A stretch of 64,000 nt of DNA from Phoronis australis (Eukaryota; Animalia; Phoronida). A program made the translations under genes and the position numbers. The notes beneath the pieces are model-generated. The model was not told the DNA's origin. It saw only the letters and a program-made list of their open reading frames with translations, and searched no databases. Where the stretch lies: NCBI GenBank assembly GCA_002633005.1, contig NMRA01000668.1, positions 153,283-217,282 on the forward strand, read 5' to 3'. This document shows, one piece after another, positions 1 through 13,800 of this stretch (position 1 is its first letter; the number at the start of each line of letters is the position of its first letter).

Positions 1-859
1 TATGCCCCTGTAATTAGAGGGCAAACTTTGCAAGTAAAATTTTACACAGTCTCAGTATTAGTTGTTGTCGACTCTAATGTATCGTCAGTGGCCGTGCCGT
101 ATGAATGGATAGCATGTTTGAAGCGCATCAATGCTTAATCGCACTTTAAACTTCTCCAAGGTAAAACTTTTGTTTCAATGCATATTTTGGATTAATCCTG
201 TATACACGTACATGTTGGGTTATCCTTTAGCGCTTTGAATTGTACTTGTACTGTTGCATACTTTAGCTATCAGTTTAAACAAGGATGGTTTCTAGGTAAC
301 ATGTGGCATAACAGTGTTCACACTCCATTTCTCTACATTGATGGCGTGACCTTCCTTTTCGTTACAGAGCTTTCTAACCTGAAAAAACTGAAAAAGCAAC
401 CTACTGTTCCACGACGGTTGAACACTCAAACTCAGAATACTGTAACTGTTTTGCTTCACAAAGATCACCCCTCTCAAGAAGAGAGTGTAAAGTAAATGGT
501 TTTTATTACTGAAAGTTGTATCGACAAGTTATCAAGCTTCCAAAGAAATCTTCAATATGAACTGCATGAAAATGAGGCAGAAACTGATTTGAAAAGTTGG
601 TGCCCGGTGGCATGGAATGAATCATTTGGAATTGTTTTTAGTGGTAAAACGGATGCACGAGGACGCTAGTTTTTTTGGGAGGGTGCCGTTTGAGTTTTGG
701 CGGACCCTTTCAAGAGTGCAGTTTGTCATGGGTCATTTTGGTGCTCAGTGCGGCACAGTGTCTCGTTTTAAATTAGTTTTGACCGATACCTCGATTATCT
801 ATAAGCTCAAATTTTCATTGGCATGCCCTTTGTATGATTTTATGGGTTTCTGGTGTGCA

Positions 860-1317
860 GAGAACTCGTTAAAGGAATGCAGTCGCAAACAAGATTTTTT
901 TTCATACATTACCAGTCCTGTTTGAATCATGTGCTTTGGTTTGGAAATTGCATCCAAAGTTATGCATGGGTTTTGATGAATTTGGAGAATTTATGTGAAA
1001 ATTAAAAGGCCTGTATGTTTCCATAGGGTGTGTGAGAGAGACAGGCGAACACAGAGAGGTGGGAGTGTAATATGACGTAGAGGAAGGAAAGGGAGGTCAG
1101 TGGCTACTGACAGTTACTACAGTTCCAGCCTCGGTGTCCTCAGCTCAACATGGTCTGCAAGCTTATGAATCTCGTCAAGCTGACGTACTGGTACTTTATC
1201 ATGAGTACTAAACACGTGAAATCAATTCAAAAACTTCAGTTCAGAGAAGCATTTATGATTTGTGAATACACAGAACGCCATTTTTAACAATATAGGTCAC
1301 GATACATCTTGAAGAAA
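860..1317. repeat. Dispersed repeat or paralogous segment; diverged inverted copy at 59772-60211
   Basis: Collinear similarity by eye over about 450 bp, e.g. GAGAACTCGTTAAAGGAATGCAGTCGCAAAC and AAAACTTCAGTTCAGAGAAGCATTTATGATTTGT match the reverse complement of 59772-60211. Confidence 0.85.
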
Positions 1318-3114
1318 TTGGGAGCCATTACATTTTACACAATTTTTTATGTGGTTATCATTTGTCTAATGATGCAAATAAGATGTGGCATCAACTTTTT
1401 CAGTTTGTTATAGTTGCGAGCTGAGCTTGTAATTGAATTATTAGTACACAGAATGAGATAAACGTCTCTTTTCCGTAATTGGTGAAAAATCTCCTAATTT
1501 TCGGAGAAGAATAAATGCCATGATCAAATGAGCAAATGCGAATATTACTGACATTCTTTACAAGGCACATTGACGAGATTTGAAAGGGAAAGGAGCGTGT
1601 TATAAAAACAATGAATTTGCCATGGTCCACAGCATCATGAATCTTGTGGACACTACCGAAACCTGTGGACAACGTGTCGCCATAGTCTTGATGGCGGTAC
1701 CTATTGAGGCTATCTCCTGCAACTTCCTCTCCACCAGACTCTTCATCTCCAAACACAGCATCGCTAATATTCACATCATCAAGGATACTTTCAGGACTGC
1801 AACAAAAGAAAGCGTGATGATCTTGCCCAGTAGAATTTCAAAGACACAACACCTAGCCCCTGTAACGCAGTTGAACTACCAAGTAACAGGGCTTGTTTTG
1901 TGTGCGGTCGTCTGGAGAACAGTTAAATCAAGTTCGTTCAGAATTCAAATGTTTAATCATATAACGATTGATGACGTCTCACGATGCTTTCTTTAGTCAG
2001 TTTGCGGGAACGACTGGTTACTAGTGTGAAAGGATTTCTGTCCTGTCAGGGCCTGGAACCTGAGATTCATGGCTGTCCATGCAGGATCTTTAGTACACGG
2101 AGCTATTAAGACCAAAAGTTCTGTGGAAGATATATTTCCACTATATACATTAAAAGTGTCAGCAATGAATAATAATTATGTATTAAAAAATGGACAACTC
2201 ATAATTTAAATGTACGTGTATACCCAATGGTTATGCTGTACTTACAGTCATCGTCCATGTCATGCATGCTACAGTGTATGTATTCAGAAACATCAGTCGT
2301 TAGCCTGTAATATAGAAATTCAAAAAATGTTGAAGTGTTTCTGTTGTTTAAGCTGTTTAGCATTGGTCAATCTGCATTCATTGGATTTCACACATATCGT
2401 GTATAAGGTATGGTGTATAGAAACGAAACGAAGTACGACATGGTCTCTATGCTTAGAACTCAGAAAACAGACTGAGGAAATTCTATCCAGAGCACATATT
2501 TATGACTTGATGTCAAGTAAAGTACCACCACAAATTTCATGGATAAAAACTCCTCAAAATCCCGATTTCAACTTTGTCTTCGAAAATAAACTTTTGCGTT
2601 ATACAGCAATCAACTTCGAAAAAGACAAAAAAATGTCAAATTCGGTGCAAAGAAATGTAAATGCAAAAGCAATAAGTGAATTCAACTCTGCCCACACTAT
2701 ATGTCCGATTAAGTTAGAAATACCAACTTGTCACTTTAAAAACCCATGTTTGACAAGATCAGCCGCAGTATGACTTATAAAGCCACACGTAGTAGGTGGT
2801 ACTTGCTCAAAAGTGTCAACAAAACTGTTGCCAATCTGCTTTTTGATGCACTCACTTTTAGGTGCATCTCTGAATGTCAAATGTACAATTCATGTATACA
2901 GAGTATGCAAAATTCAGTTATGCTTAGAAGAGACACATGTGCAGATCATGCCTTACCGTAGCAGACATGTAGAAATATTCATTTTCTGGAAATATACCAT
3001 GCGCATCACCTGCTCAAAACATTCCACAATTCAATTATCATTTACAACACTTAACAATTTGTTATCAAGACAATTTATGAGCACTGACTAGTTCTCTCAA
3101 ACTTAAACAATCAG

Positions 3115-3365
3115 GGGCCCGTTCCAACAGAACTGACTTGGCTAAGACAAATCTTAAATCTTAGTAAGTTTTAAAAGTAAGCTTAAATTTGTATCAAAAC
3201 CAATTCAAGGAACAGATCTTAAGTTTGACTGAAATGTTTGGCATAAGTTTTGTCTTAATTTTAACTACATGTAACTTATCGAAATTGGAAGCTTCAAAGT
3301 TTGGAAGTTAAGACAAATCTTAAACTTAAGTAAAAATGAACGAGTCAATTTCTTGGAACAGGCCT
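3115..3365. mobile_element. MITE, PIF/Harbinger-like
   Basis: Imperfect TIRs (GGGCCCGTTCCAACAGAACTGACT versus reverse complement AGGCCTGTTCCAAGAAATTGACT), flanked by 3-bp CAG on both sides; AT-rich interior with repeated TAAGACAAATCTTAAA. Confidence 0.65.
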
Positions 3366-4246
3366 CAGCTTTCTCACATCAACCTCATAATGAATGACTT
3401 GGATCCATACCTCAAAGCACAGGCAGAATCACTTGACAAATCATTAATACAAGAAAACTCAAGCCCACTGAAATACACTGTTTAAGTAATGAATATAGAT
3501 TATTACGTGGCGAAGTCGTTATCCCTCGTAATCTAGAACCCTCGTGGATTTTGGAGAATTATCGCCCGAGGTTGATCTCGCTGTGATTTCAAATGCTTTA
3601 TCAGTGATCCAATCAAAACCGAAATGGGTCAGATCCCAGAAATGGTGAGTTCATGACTTTGTTTACTGAGTGAAGGACAATTAGAAAAAAATCTCAATGC
3701 CGGAGTATTTGTTCAAGCTGGGAAGAGTTAGACATCAGCGAGCTCTTAAGATGTCCCCCTATGCACAAAAGCAACACTTTGATGGCTTAACCAGTGTGGC
3801 ACAATTTGTCATAAAACTTCTGGCATATGGAGGGTCTACGGGACAACTACTGTCTCTACACTGGGTAGTTGGGACGGTGGTACTATCTTGAAGTAACACG
3901 GCTTCGAAATTTCTGTGAGCGTTTCAAGAAACCAACCGAAAACAAACAGTAAATATATGGTGATACATGTGAGTAGGAGTAATTTTGATAATTTTTGCAA
4001 ACAAAATAATTAAAAACAACCTTTCGTAATATTTTAAATATAGCAAAGTTCATTCAACTTCCTGAAGTTACGTTAACGCATTTCCCCAAAACAAATCAAC
4101 TTTTAACCGGTTCTCTTGAAAATTAAAACTTTTCTCTTTTAGTCCAAAGTCACGATTTTATAGGCACTGTTGATAAATAATGAAACAACTGCATGTAGCA
4201 AGGTATATTTCAACAATTTCAGGAAAACATGACTTACTAAATTCAT

Positions 4247-4795
4247 GCACACAACTGTAAGTATCATCAACGCCGCTTAAATTTAAGAATACGTTTACAA
4301 AATTAAAATCGCCATCTCTTACTCGAGCCTAAAATTAAGCACAATTGTAACATAAATCTCGCTTAAAATTAAGAATATCTGTACAAGTTTTGAAATGGCC
4401 ATATCCTGCTCTGGCCTAATATTAAGCACAACTGTAAGTAACATAATTCCCGCTTAAATTTAAGAATGGCAGTACAAGTTTTAAAATAGTCATCTCCTAT
4501 CCTGGCCTAAGCTTAAGCACAATTGTAAGTAACATACATTGGAAATCCCGCTTAAATTTAAGCATATCTATACAAGATTTAAAATCGCCATCTCCTAACT
4601 TGGCTTACAATTAAGCACAAATGTAAGTAACATATATCCCGCTTTAATTCAAAAATATCTGTACAAAGTCAAGTTCAATCATCGCCATCTCCTACTCAGG
4701 CCTAAAATTAAGCACAATGGTAAGCAATGTAAACCCCTCTTAAATTTAAGAATATCTGTACAAGTTTTTAAATCATCTGGCTTACATTAAAGCAC
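4247..4795. repeat. Minisatellite, about 6 diverged copies of a roughly 90-bp unit
   Basis: Recurring unit AAGCACAA(C/T)TGTAAGTAACAT...CCCGCTTAAATTTAAGAATATCTGTACAAG...AAAATCGCCATCTCCTA...GGCCTAAAATT. Confidence 0.9.
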
Positions 4796-6439
4796 CTCTG
4801 TTAAGGTATTAGATCCCACTATTCTTCTCACGGACAAAATATACTAAACATTTAATCAATAAAAATTTGTAGGGTAAGATCAATTAACAACTATATTTAA
4901 AACTACAAGTCATTGTACCAAAATCAAAGCAAGGCCATTTTCACAGCGNATATAACAAAATCTTGCTTGTTAGCGCTGCAATTCTTTATATTTGAGGTAT
5001 AACGGATCATTCAACATGTTTTAGGAATTGTTTTTCTTTTCAGGTGGACCTTAGTACTGAACCATACACACAATCAGAGTCCACAAATGGAGGCAAGTCC
5101 CCATGTGTGCTTCCTGTGGAACACTGTAGGGTTTCCAGTTTTTCACTCTTGCCGCTTTAAGAACGTTGACAAGCAAAACGGATTACAAAAGGTATTCTTA
5201 AATTTGAACAACAAAACCAGTAGCGTCTAAAGTTCACAAAACCCGTGCCTTTTGACGCAGTTTTACACAAAGGTATGTATTTCAAATTGAAAATACATTG
5301 TATTTCAAATCACACGTTGACATCCTATAACTAAACTTTACCCGCAGCATGTAACTCTATACTAGTACAATTGTTTGGGAAATGCAAAAACACTAAATTC
5401 AAACAACATAGAGGTACCTGTGTTTCTTTGCATTTATACAACTAACCTTCTCTGTTGCCTTGTTGCATAACACTTACAGGCTTCATATCAACGAGGACAT
5501 TGCAACAGATGCCATTGTTGCTGGCATGTTTTCAGTCAAATTTAGGTATGGTACTGTGTGTGGATACTAAACACGACTAAGTCCCATTGAGAAACTGCAG
5601 ACCAGGCGACATGGTGCAGGCAGATCGATAACTACCCATTGAAATCACTGCATATAATAAAGATATGAGAAGAACAGATGGGTGTCATAACACTAGCAGT
5701 TAATAACGTGACGAATGTTCTTGAAAAGTAACAACACCAACTGAAATTCAACCATATAGCATAAACCGAGTTAAAAATTCCAAGGTGAAAGATATCAGGT
5801 AGACATTTAACTGAAAGGACCCCAAGGGTCGTAGTCCGTGTGTATTGAAAATTGTTTGAAGTGTGATTGATTCAATGTAAAATTGAGATTGGCCTATACA
5901 AAACTTGGTGGTTCTCATTTTTCCAAGGTCCTGTGGTTTTACAATAACAAAGCTCAATATGATATGCAGTGCTGGAGTTCATTCGAAATAAAATAAATAT
6001 TTAAAATTAACATAGTGCAGTGTTTAACAGTCATAAAATAGCATTACACAGCAACGATTCCTTACTGAAACTGTTAAAATATACCTTGTTACATGCATTT
6101 TTTTCATGACTTATCAAACGTGCCAATAAAATCGTGACTTCGGAGATCCGTTTTTTTTTGTTCTAGGGCGAAAGTTAGGTCACTAGCCAAATGAGGAGGA
6201 ACTATAGCCAATGTCAATACAGACAAAGAAACTCATAAATAGGTTACTAGCCATTGAAGATCCATATAGCTAGTAATGTCAACAGATAATGAAACTCGAT
6301 GAATTTTTGTCTGAAAGTAATTTTCCCTGTGAGTTCTCGGACCACTACTTTATTGGTTCGTGATTTTAATGTCGGGGACGCCATGTCCCAATAACTACCG
6401 AGGTATATAAGCAGGATAGAACAAATTTTTTTACTTACT

Positions 6440-6646
6440 AGTAGTGGTGCTTATCGAGCAGGCGTTTGGCTTGCTCGGAATAAGTGCAGATAGCTCATTT
6501 CTGAGAGATACCCAGCGATCGTACTCTGTGCCCAAATCAATGCGTCAGGTTTTATTTACCTTCAGTCGTGCGTCTTTCCTTCTTTTCTTTCTGCCTGAGT
6601 CTGTAAAGGTCCATTTATCTTGCCCACCTTCTCACTGTCAGCCATT
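6440..6646 (-). pseudogene. Decayed first exon with a ZNF692/ZNF653-like N-terminal motif, probably transposon-derived
   Basis: Minus-strand translation across frameshifts and one stop: MADSEKV...KKRRKDARLKVNKT*RIDLGTEYDRWVSLRNEL/CTYSEQAKRLLDKH, followed by a GTAAGT donor-like site. Confidence 0.45.
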
Positions 6647-9215
6647 TTGTCTCGTGGAATTTTGTAAATCCCTGCGGTTTTTTAACGCTGCACCTTCCTC
6701 AGACGTATAGTGTCTATGGGTAATTAGTTCAGATCAGGCATATGCGGTCGAATCTGCAGGAATGGTCCAATCATGACAGGTCACAGTTGCTGGTACAAAC
6801 ACATATATAGCACAGTTATGTGCAGGCATAATAATCGCACGCAACACGAAGAAGTGTCCAGAACACAATACGATCAAGGCATAGCCGCTCGAGACCCATG
6901 TCAGATGTTACCGAGTATAGTACATGTAACATTAAGAGAATACAATCATTAGCTCCATAACGGCACGAGGTATGAAGCACATTTGATGGCAAGATATTCA
7001 CTCTACAGGACTGAACCGGTACTAACCTACGTGTACAGTGTATCTCATCACTGAGTCAGCTGTTCGTGAAAATTGACTGCATTTGTCAGAAGTGGGAGGG
7101 AGATTAGAGATCTATATGCGGTTACCACAATGATTTTTCTTCATATATGTACTTCTTTCAAAAACCGTGAATTTTGTGATTTTTTTTGAAATTCCTTCAC
7201 AGGGCAAAATGGATAACCCTGTAGCAGAGGTTGCAAGAAAGTATTTTCGTTAGGCGATCGTTTGAAACATATTTTTCACGAGTTTTCGAATTCCATGCCA
7301 CTTTAAATCAAATGGAAAATTGGGCTATGTCGCGTTGAAAATTGGAAAAGTACATACGATAATATGTCAATTTCGCCGTGTGTTAAAGGGGGACTGGATG
7401 TTGAGAAAAAATCAAAACGGGGATAATCTGCAAAGAGCGGGATAACTGGCTAGCAAAACGTACGTTCTCAGTAATACCTATCGGATTGGATTCTTGTGCA
7501 AGCTAAATGTTTCATTTTTAGATTTAATGTAAAAGATAAATGATGCAGCTCACATTTACTGCTCAGAAATCGAATCAATAAAAAGTGTCTTAGCAACGGG
7601 TAAGCATTGCTTTTCAAGTTTCCACGATTCCGTATAAAATGAGTTTTCGAAGAAAAGTCAAATGGGGTCCGATCAAATCTTGGCCTGGATTTCGAGTAAA
7701 CTTTAAGCATCGTGGCAATTCTAGTGGCAGACCAGCATTCATATTTTATTTCTAATGCGGTTTAAGTCCATGTCTCACTACGCGTTATGTATTGCTTGCT
7801 AATGGAAATAAACGAGCGTGAGGTGGCACCATCTGGCGGCATGGCGCAGATATTAGTTTGACCTCGAGGAGACGTATCCAGCTTTTTCTGATGTCCCGAG
7901 GAAATCGCTGGATACTTTGAGGTGAACAGTGCACGCTTTCTCGCCCACTTGCGTGCAAGTCTTCTTAACGTAAGAGTTGTCTAATGGTCGGCATGTGGGC
8001 TGCAGAACACAGTTTGGTAAGAACGTTTGTCGTATAATATGGCGTGGAAATAAGCAGGATGATATACTTGTCTCGGTATACATGTAAATAATATGTCACC
8101 TTGTTTGGCTTGGCTGTTTCAAAACCCCAAAGTTTTGTAAAAAGCTGTTACACCATTCCCAAGCTGCAAAGAGGTTTCTTAAGTTATGGAGCAGTATTCT
8201 TATCAGAAACTAATGTCTGAACTGTTGACAGTGTTACACGTATGTTTCTTACCCTAGGTCACAACGCCACCTATTGGCATAAATGAAGATGTTGCCCTTT
8301 GAAATAATGAGACTGATGGCACTCTGACATAAATCCTATTATTTGGGCAAATAATATCATGCAGCCCTTCATGCTTCATATCCAACATGAATCCCTAACC
8401 CTTACTGAGGATAATTTAGTCAGACATTCATCCAATATTCTAGATCTTTATATATCATAACTAACTGGAACTTTGGTGCCCTTTACAATTACATTTTTCG
8501 GTAAAAAAAACAGAATGCAGTGGCTTTGCCACTGTACGAAAAACGCAATAAACTACTCCAAGTATCTATCAGAATTGTGCAGATGAAGGGTTGCTGACAG
8601 ATAATGGCCAAACACCTACAGTGTATAAAGTAGATTTAAAGTGTACTGTGAGAAGATCAACACATTGATTGCAGTATAGGACTAAGTTTAGGAACTGTTT
8701 TCTTTGGAAAGTAAAACTGCCGTGTATATTACTGTAAACAAGAGTTATTGGAACACATTTTGTGGTTGTTATGTTACTAAAGAAAGTACATGTAGACTGT
8801 GGAAAAAACAATATTTATGAAAAAGAGACATTATTATTTTAAACACCTGTTGCATAGTTGTCATAGTCAACATTCGAGAAGGAGAACGGGAATAACCTGA
8901 TTCAAAAGCGGGTGAAAAGTTCACTGCACCACACAAAGACGTAGCGACAGCATTTGTAGTCCTCATTAAAATCGGCTTGCATATCAGCTATCTCCATACC
9001 ATAACCATTAGTTATCATCACGTGCGCTTTACAACACATGTTTATCATACATAGGTGATGTTAAGCCGTGAAGTAACTGTCTAATCACACCGTAGTTTCT
9101 CTAGAGAAGACAATTGTTATCATCTCTAGAGAAAAATATCCCTGGCCAAACGGCAAGGACTACGGTATTTGGCGGAGTCTATCAGAATTTCGGTAATTGT
9201 TTAACTCATGTTCTT

Positions 9216-9265
9216 ATACATACATATATACATACATACACACATACATAGATACATATATGTAT
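9216..9265. repeat. Imperfect (TACA)n microsatellite
   Basis: ATACATACATATATACATACATACACACATACATAGATACATATA read directly. Confidence 0.85.
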
Positions 9266-10435
9266 AAGCAGAGTATGTATATGCATATGTCTCCTGATTC
9301 TGTACTGTGTGTTTTTGTCACTATACATCATTACGTGTTTTGGTCGTGAAAGACCGGCCCGAAAATCCTCCCCTCATTTTCGGATCGGTCGAAATTCCTG
9401 AGTAAGCCGCATGTCTTTGTTTGGCCGGTAACATGCGATTTCTCGTTAAAACACATTATCTGATTGCGTTAAGATAAGAATTACCTAACGAAACAACACT
9501 TCTGTTTTCACTTTTTTGCTCTTCTGATGAATTTAAACTAATAACAAATTCAAAATCGTCATAAAATAATGACCTCTTCGTAAATATCGGTGAAGTTTTA
9601 TCTGAGGTCGCTTTGCTTTTAGTATCATTATGCGGTAAAGGAGTTTCCTTTGTTTTGAATTTTATATCCGTTGAGAATTCAATTTACACTTACAATTCCA
9701 AAGTAAATACACAGACATTAGCGTGCAATGTCAGTAAATCTGAGTTAAAATTCCTGAGAAAGTAACAAATTTTACGACTTTATGAATCCGCAACAGTGTC
9801 TAATTTGCATTGTACCACAGTATTCTAAGGAATCCGTTCTTTTGGGTGTCGTGATCACCTGTATGGGATGTAGAGTTTCGTCGTTTTTTGCCGTTTCAAA
9901 ATGAGAGCGATGGGTGACCGTGTTAAGCACATACATTTTTGTCGTAAAGCGAAATTCCCGATGAAAATTGTCGCTAATTTGAAGAGTTAACGTTTTTTGT
10001 CGGAAGTTATGGCGAAAATCCGGAAGGAAATTGGATGAAAAATGACGTTAAAATTGTTGAAATCTTACCGAAAATTTTTGCTTCAAAATTCTTCCTTTTT
10101 TCCACGAGAATCATCGTGAACTTTTTAAGACCACCACATTACGATCAATGCTGAACGGCGGTTCGACCGCGACATGACTGTTCCATCCACAAACATGCAT
10201 GTGTTACAAGTTCTGAATCCGTGTTCGTTAAAAACGAATTGTGGACTGAGCTTTTTGGAGCGATCATACGTTATAAACGACACGTACTTTATAATGCAAC
10301 TCGATTTTGCTTTTCATGAACCTTCTAATTCCTTATACATGTATATTGGTTTAACTAAACAGACTTGTCGAAAAAGTGCTATACTGTATAAACTTAATGC
10401 CGCCGAAAAAATAAAAGTTCCATATATGAAGGTTG

Positions 10436-10686
10436 CATGCGCGCACCCGGAGGGGGTTCGGGAGGCTCGAACAAGCCCCCCATTTGGCCAAGTGGACATA
10501 AAGGTCCGCCACAGAGAAACAAAAAAGTCCTAGAAAACGAGACAAAAGTCCACTCAAAAGGCGCCGACGCATATTTCACAGTTCTGAAGGTGGCACCCCC
10601 TTTTTTAGTCCACCAACTTTTTTATTAGCAAAAGGTAGACCTCGTCTGAAATTCGAGACCCTGTATTAAGGTTTGGTTTGCGCATG
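10436..10686. mobile_element. CATG-terminated MITE (family A), hAT-like
   Basis: Ends CATGCGCGCACCC and TTTGCGCATG; flanks GGTTG/TGTTG (near-5-bp TSD); interior similar to 24656-24874. Confidence 0.7.
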
Positions 10687-10798
10687 TGTTGTGTTGACGC
10701 CTCACCATTCACTTAAAAATAGTTTCATTGCCAGACCAGGCGTATCGCCTAGTGAGCGCAGTTGAAATGAGAGTACGCACTTTTTTCATTGCGCCGCC

Positions 10799-10880
10799 CA
10801 TGGGCTACGGGCGGTGCACCGTAGGGGGGATGGGGGGCCGGCTATAGCCCCCACTTTTTTTCACTGCTGCGCAGCCCATG
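10799..10880. mobile_element. Very small MITE with CATGGGCT termini
   Basis: CATGGGCTACG...GCGCAGCCCATG inverted ends around a G-rich/C-rich core; no clean TSD. Confidence 0.5.
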
Positions 10881-13800
10881 TGTTGGGAATTGTGCTCTAA
10901 AATGTTTCACTTTTATATGCGGGTTTCCAAAAATAGTATTTTTATGGTTTTCATGAAAAAATAAAATACGAAACGAAAACAAAAGTATACTTGAGAGAGC
11001 AACAAATAAAATATGACCATGTTATTGATGTTTTGCTATCGTGGCCTCGCGACCCATTAACCATCTTATCAGACGCGAACATGTAGATGGATAAAGCCGA
11101 AAAAACAAATTTTACTGACTCGCTACTTTCAGATAATATGTAGTGTCAAAATTTCTATTTTCTAGATATTCGTCTAAATGCGCCTACGTGCCGTTGAATT
11201 ATCGGTATATTAATTAGATGATGAATTGAACAAAAACAACACCGCTTGTATAAAGGAGCTCCTTATTACTCCTAGCCTAGGTCCTATTGTAGGTCCTAAC
11301 GTTACTGATCTCTATCCAGCTCTTAATAAATAGAGCCAGGAAGCAATCACTAACTTTAACACAAACAATGACAAAATGAAAACGGCGATGATGTAACAAT
11401 AACAATAATAATTCAACTGCACCAACAGTACTACTGTAATAATTATTAACAACTGACCTTCCCTATTGTTTATATTTAATCTTAACTTAGCCCAAATTTC
11501 GTAGCAAAGTGTTGGTCTTAAAGCGGCTATACAATAGTTTCATTAAAAGACTTAACAACCACTTCGCTTAATCAATTGATTTCTTAGTGGGCTCAGTCAT
11601 AACTATTAACATAAAATTGAAACATAACAGAGATGTACAATTAAACTGACAATAGTACTACAATAGATAATTTCACGAACAAACAAGTGAAATGGTTACA
11701 TAAATGATTAACGTAAATGAATAAGAATGGGAGTCATGTAGTATTAACACAGATTGGAGACAGGGAGGTAAAAAATGCCCTCCATCACAAAATCAAGTTT
11801 CAATTTAGATCAGTTATCGTGATGAAATTGGACTCAATTTACATGTATGTCTTAGTCAATTTAATACAGGTGTATTCAAGCTTTCTAAAGAATTGACAGT
11901 GTTGGTTGAGACGACCCTCACCAAGTTAAAATGTCGCGTGTGTTATTTCACGAAATGGTGCCAAAAATAACAAACTGTCTGTTATTTACATTTTGAACCC
12001 AGAAATACCCTTTCATCAGATTAAAAAAGAAGTTGAGAGCAATTTTGTAGCGAAGAGAAGTCGATTTTTGGACGATTCTCAAGTCAGTTATCATGAAAGG
12101 GCCATACAACGTAACAAAGTACATGAACCCATATATGACAAGCGTCAATTATATAACCTGTTAAACAGTTCATAATAGATGCTCAATCGTAGTCAGTGTT
12201 TTTTTCAATTATTTATTGTAGCATATTTTGAACATTTGATTTATTCTAATTTCAATAAATTTGCATACCGCTAATGTTTTCAGAGATCCATACAGGTAAG
12301 TACATGTACTTTATTTAGCCACGGCATCATAGACAAGAATTTCGACGCATGTCTTGAAACAAGGTGGTTGCTTTCATGCATGGTGAATGAGGAAAGCGTA
12401 CTCGGTTGCAACCATGCGTTAAAAAGTCACAAATTGACACCGAATTTTAGCATATGTACGTGAGTCAAATTCAACCATTGAAGCATTGTTTCTAATAGGG
12501 GCGCTGCAACACGTGTTCGATTTTGTAAATATGTATTCTCGTATTGTTAAAAAATAGGGTCAAAGAACAGCTAAAAACGTGAATTAGGAAGTTTTTTCTA
12601 CGATGGCTTGCAAAACAGTGGTACTTTTTAAACTATGATTTTGCCTACGGTAATAAAACCCGGACCGGTATACATGTACGTGGACATATATTTCTTTGTT
12701 ACGTAGCTCAAAATGCACGTATGCATGTTAAACTGAATAGGAGATTGTATCGAAATAATCTTGCCCCGTAGGCAAATCTAAGCAGGTAGATTTACATGTA
12801 GGTGAGTAGGAAAGTAGGTGGGTGCACACCTGTAATCACGTTCATTTTAGGGAATTTTTATTAAAAATATTCGAACTATATACATTCAGCACGTCACCAA
12901 AGACTTCCACAAATTAAAAGACGCCATGTCGGTTTCGTGCGTTGACACATTAGTACACATTTAGACCCACGCTCTGTATATATTTATTGATAGATATAAA
13001 TTTAGTCAAAGTATTATTTTTTCAAAAAACAAATGCCAGTCTAATGTTTTGTATACACCAAAGCTTCAGCCAAAGGCAAAGTGTGAACCATAAACAGGCA
13101 CATGTTTTCTACAGGGAGTTTTGAGCGTTCTGTCTATTCCCAGTTGACTGCTTAGTCAAGCACTAGAAATCTATGCTCATACGGATATCTCAGCCTGACC
13201 ACGTGCTTCACTCCTTACATAAAGCGAATGTTAAAAAGAGACGCATGGGCTTAAATGCGCGGGTAATAAGTCAGCGTAAGTTCACCAGGCAAAAACCGCT
13301 TTGCAGACTTCAAAGAAATTGTTGACGGAAATCGAAAGTTATTGAGGTGCTGTAAACGTCTTTCTGTGCACAGCAACGGATTTTGTGTAACAGTTCAACT
13401 GTATTCAGCTACACCTGGCAGAATCATTAGAACGTCAAAGGCGGGTCCTCCGTTCCGCGTGAGTTCCCAGTCCTTATGGCGAGGGTGGTTATTGCTGCAG
13501 GATCTTCAAAACGTCGGGAGAAGTCGCCTTGTGCCAGCAGATCTACTTCAGGTAAATCAATTTCGGACTCCGTTAAGCTCAATAAATCCTCAGAATAACC
13601 TTCCGACACCTGTGTTGATGTTCTTGCTACGTTGGGGAACTCGAGGCTCCAGTGACTGTCGAAGATATCTGCGTTCACAACACTCTCGACACTGTGTTCC
13701 TCATGGAGGGCGCTGTTGTCAGTGGCGGTATATGTGGTTTCGGAGCGAACTTCCGTCTGCACTGCTTGCGTGTTTGTGGCTTTATATTGCCCAGTCCTCC

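Larger units (their letters stand above)
3892..7302 (-). mobile_element. Putative decayed Kolobok-like DNA transposon
   Basis: Right end reads TTAA|AGTGGCATGGAATTCGAAAA on minus; degenerate left end TTGA|AGTAACACGGCTTCGAAAT. Contains a decayed ORF start at 6440-6646 and a minisatellite. The left boundary is uncertain. Confidence 0.35.

Noticed and set aside
1703-1796. Minus-strand acidic exon candidate (PESILDDVNISDAVFGDEESGGEE) with AG/GT borders
   Set aside because: No partner exons or recognisable protein could be linked; it needs transcript evidence.
2210-2773. 187-aa ORF as a host gene
   Set aside because: No recognisable domain and a composition like AT-rich non-coding DNA.
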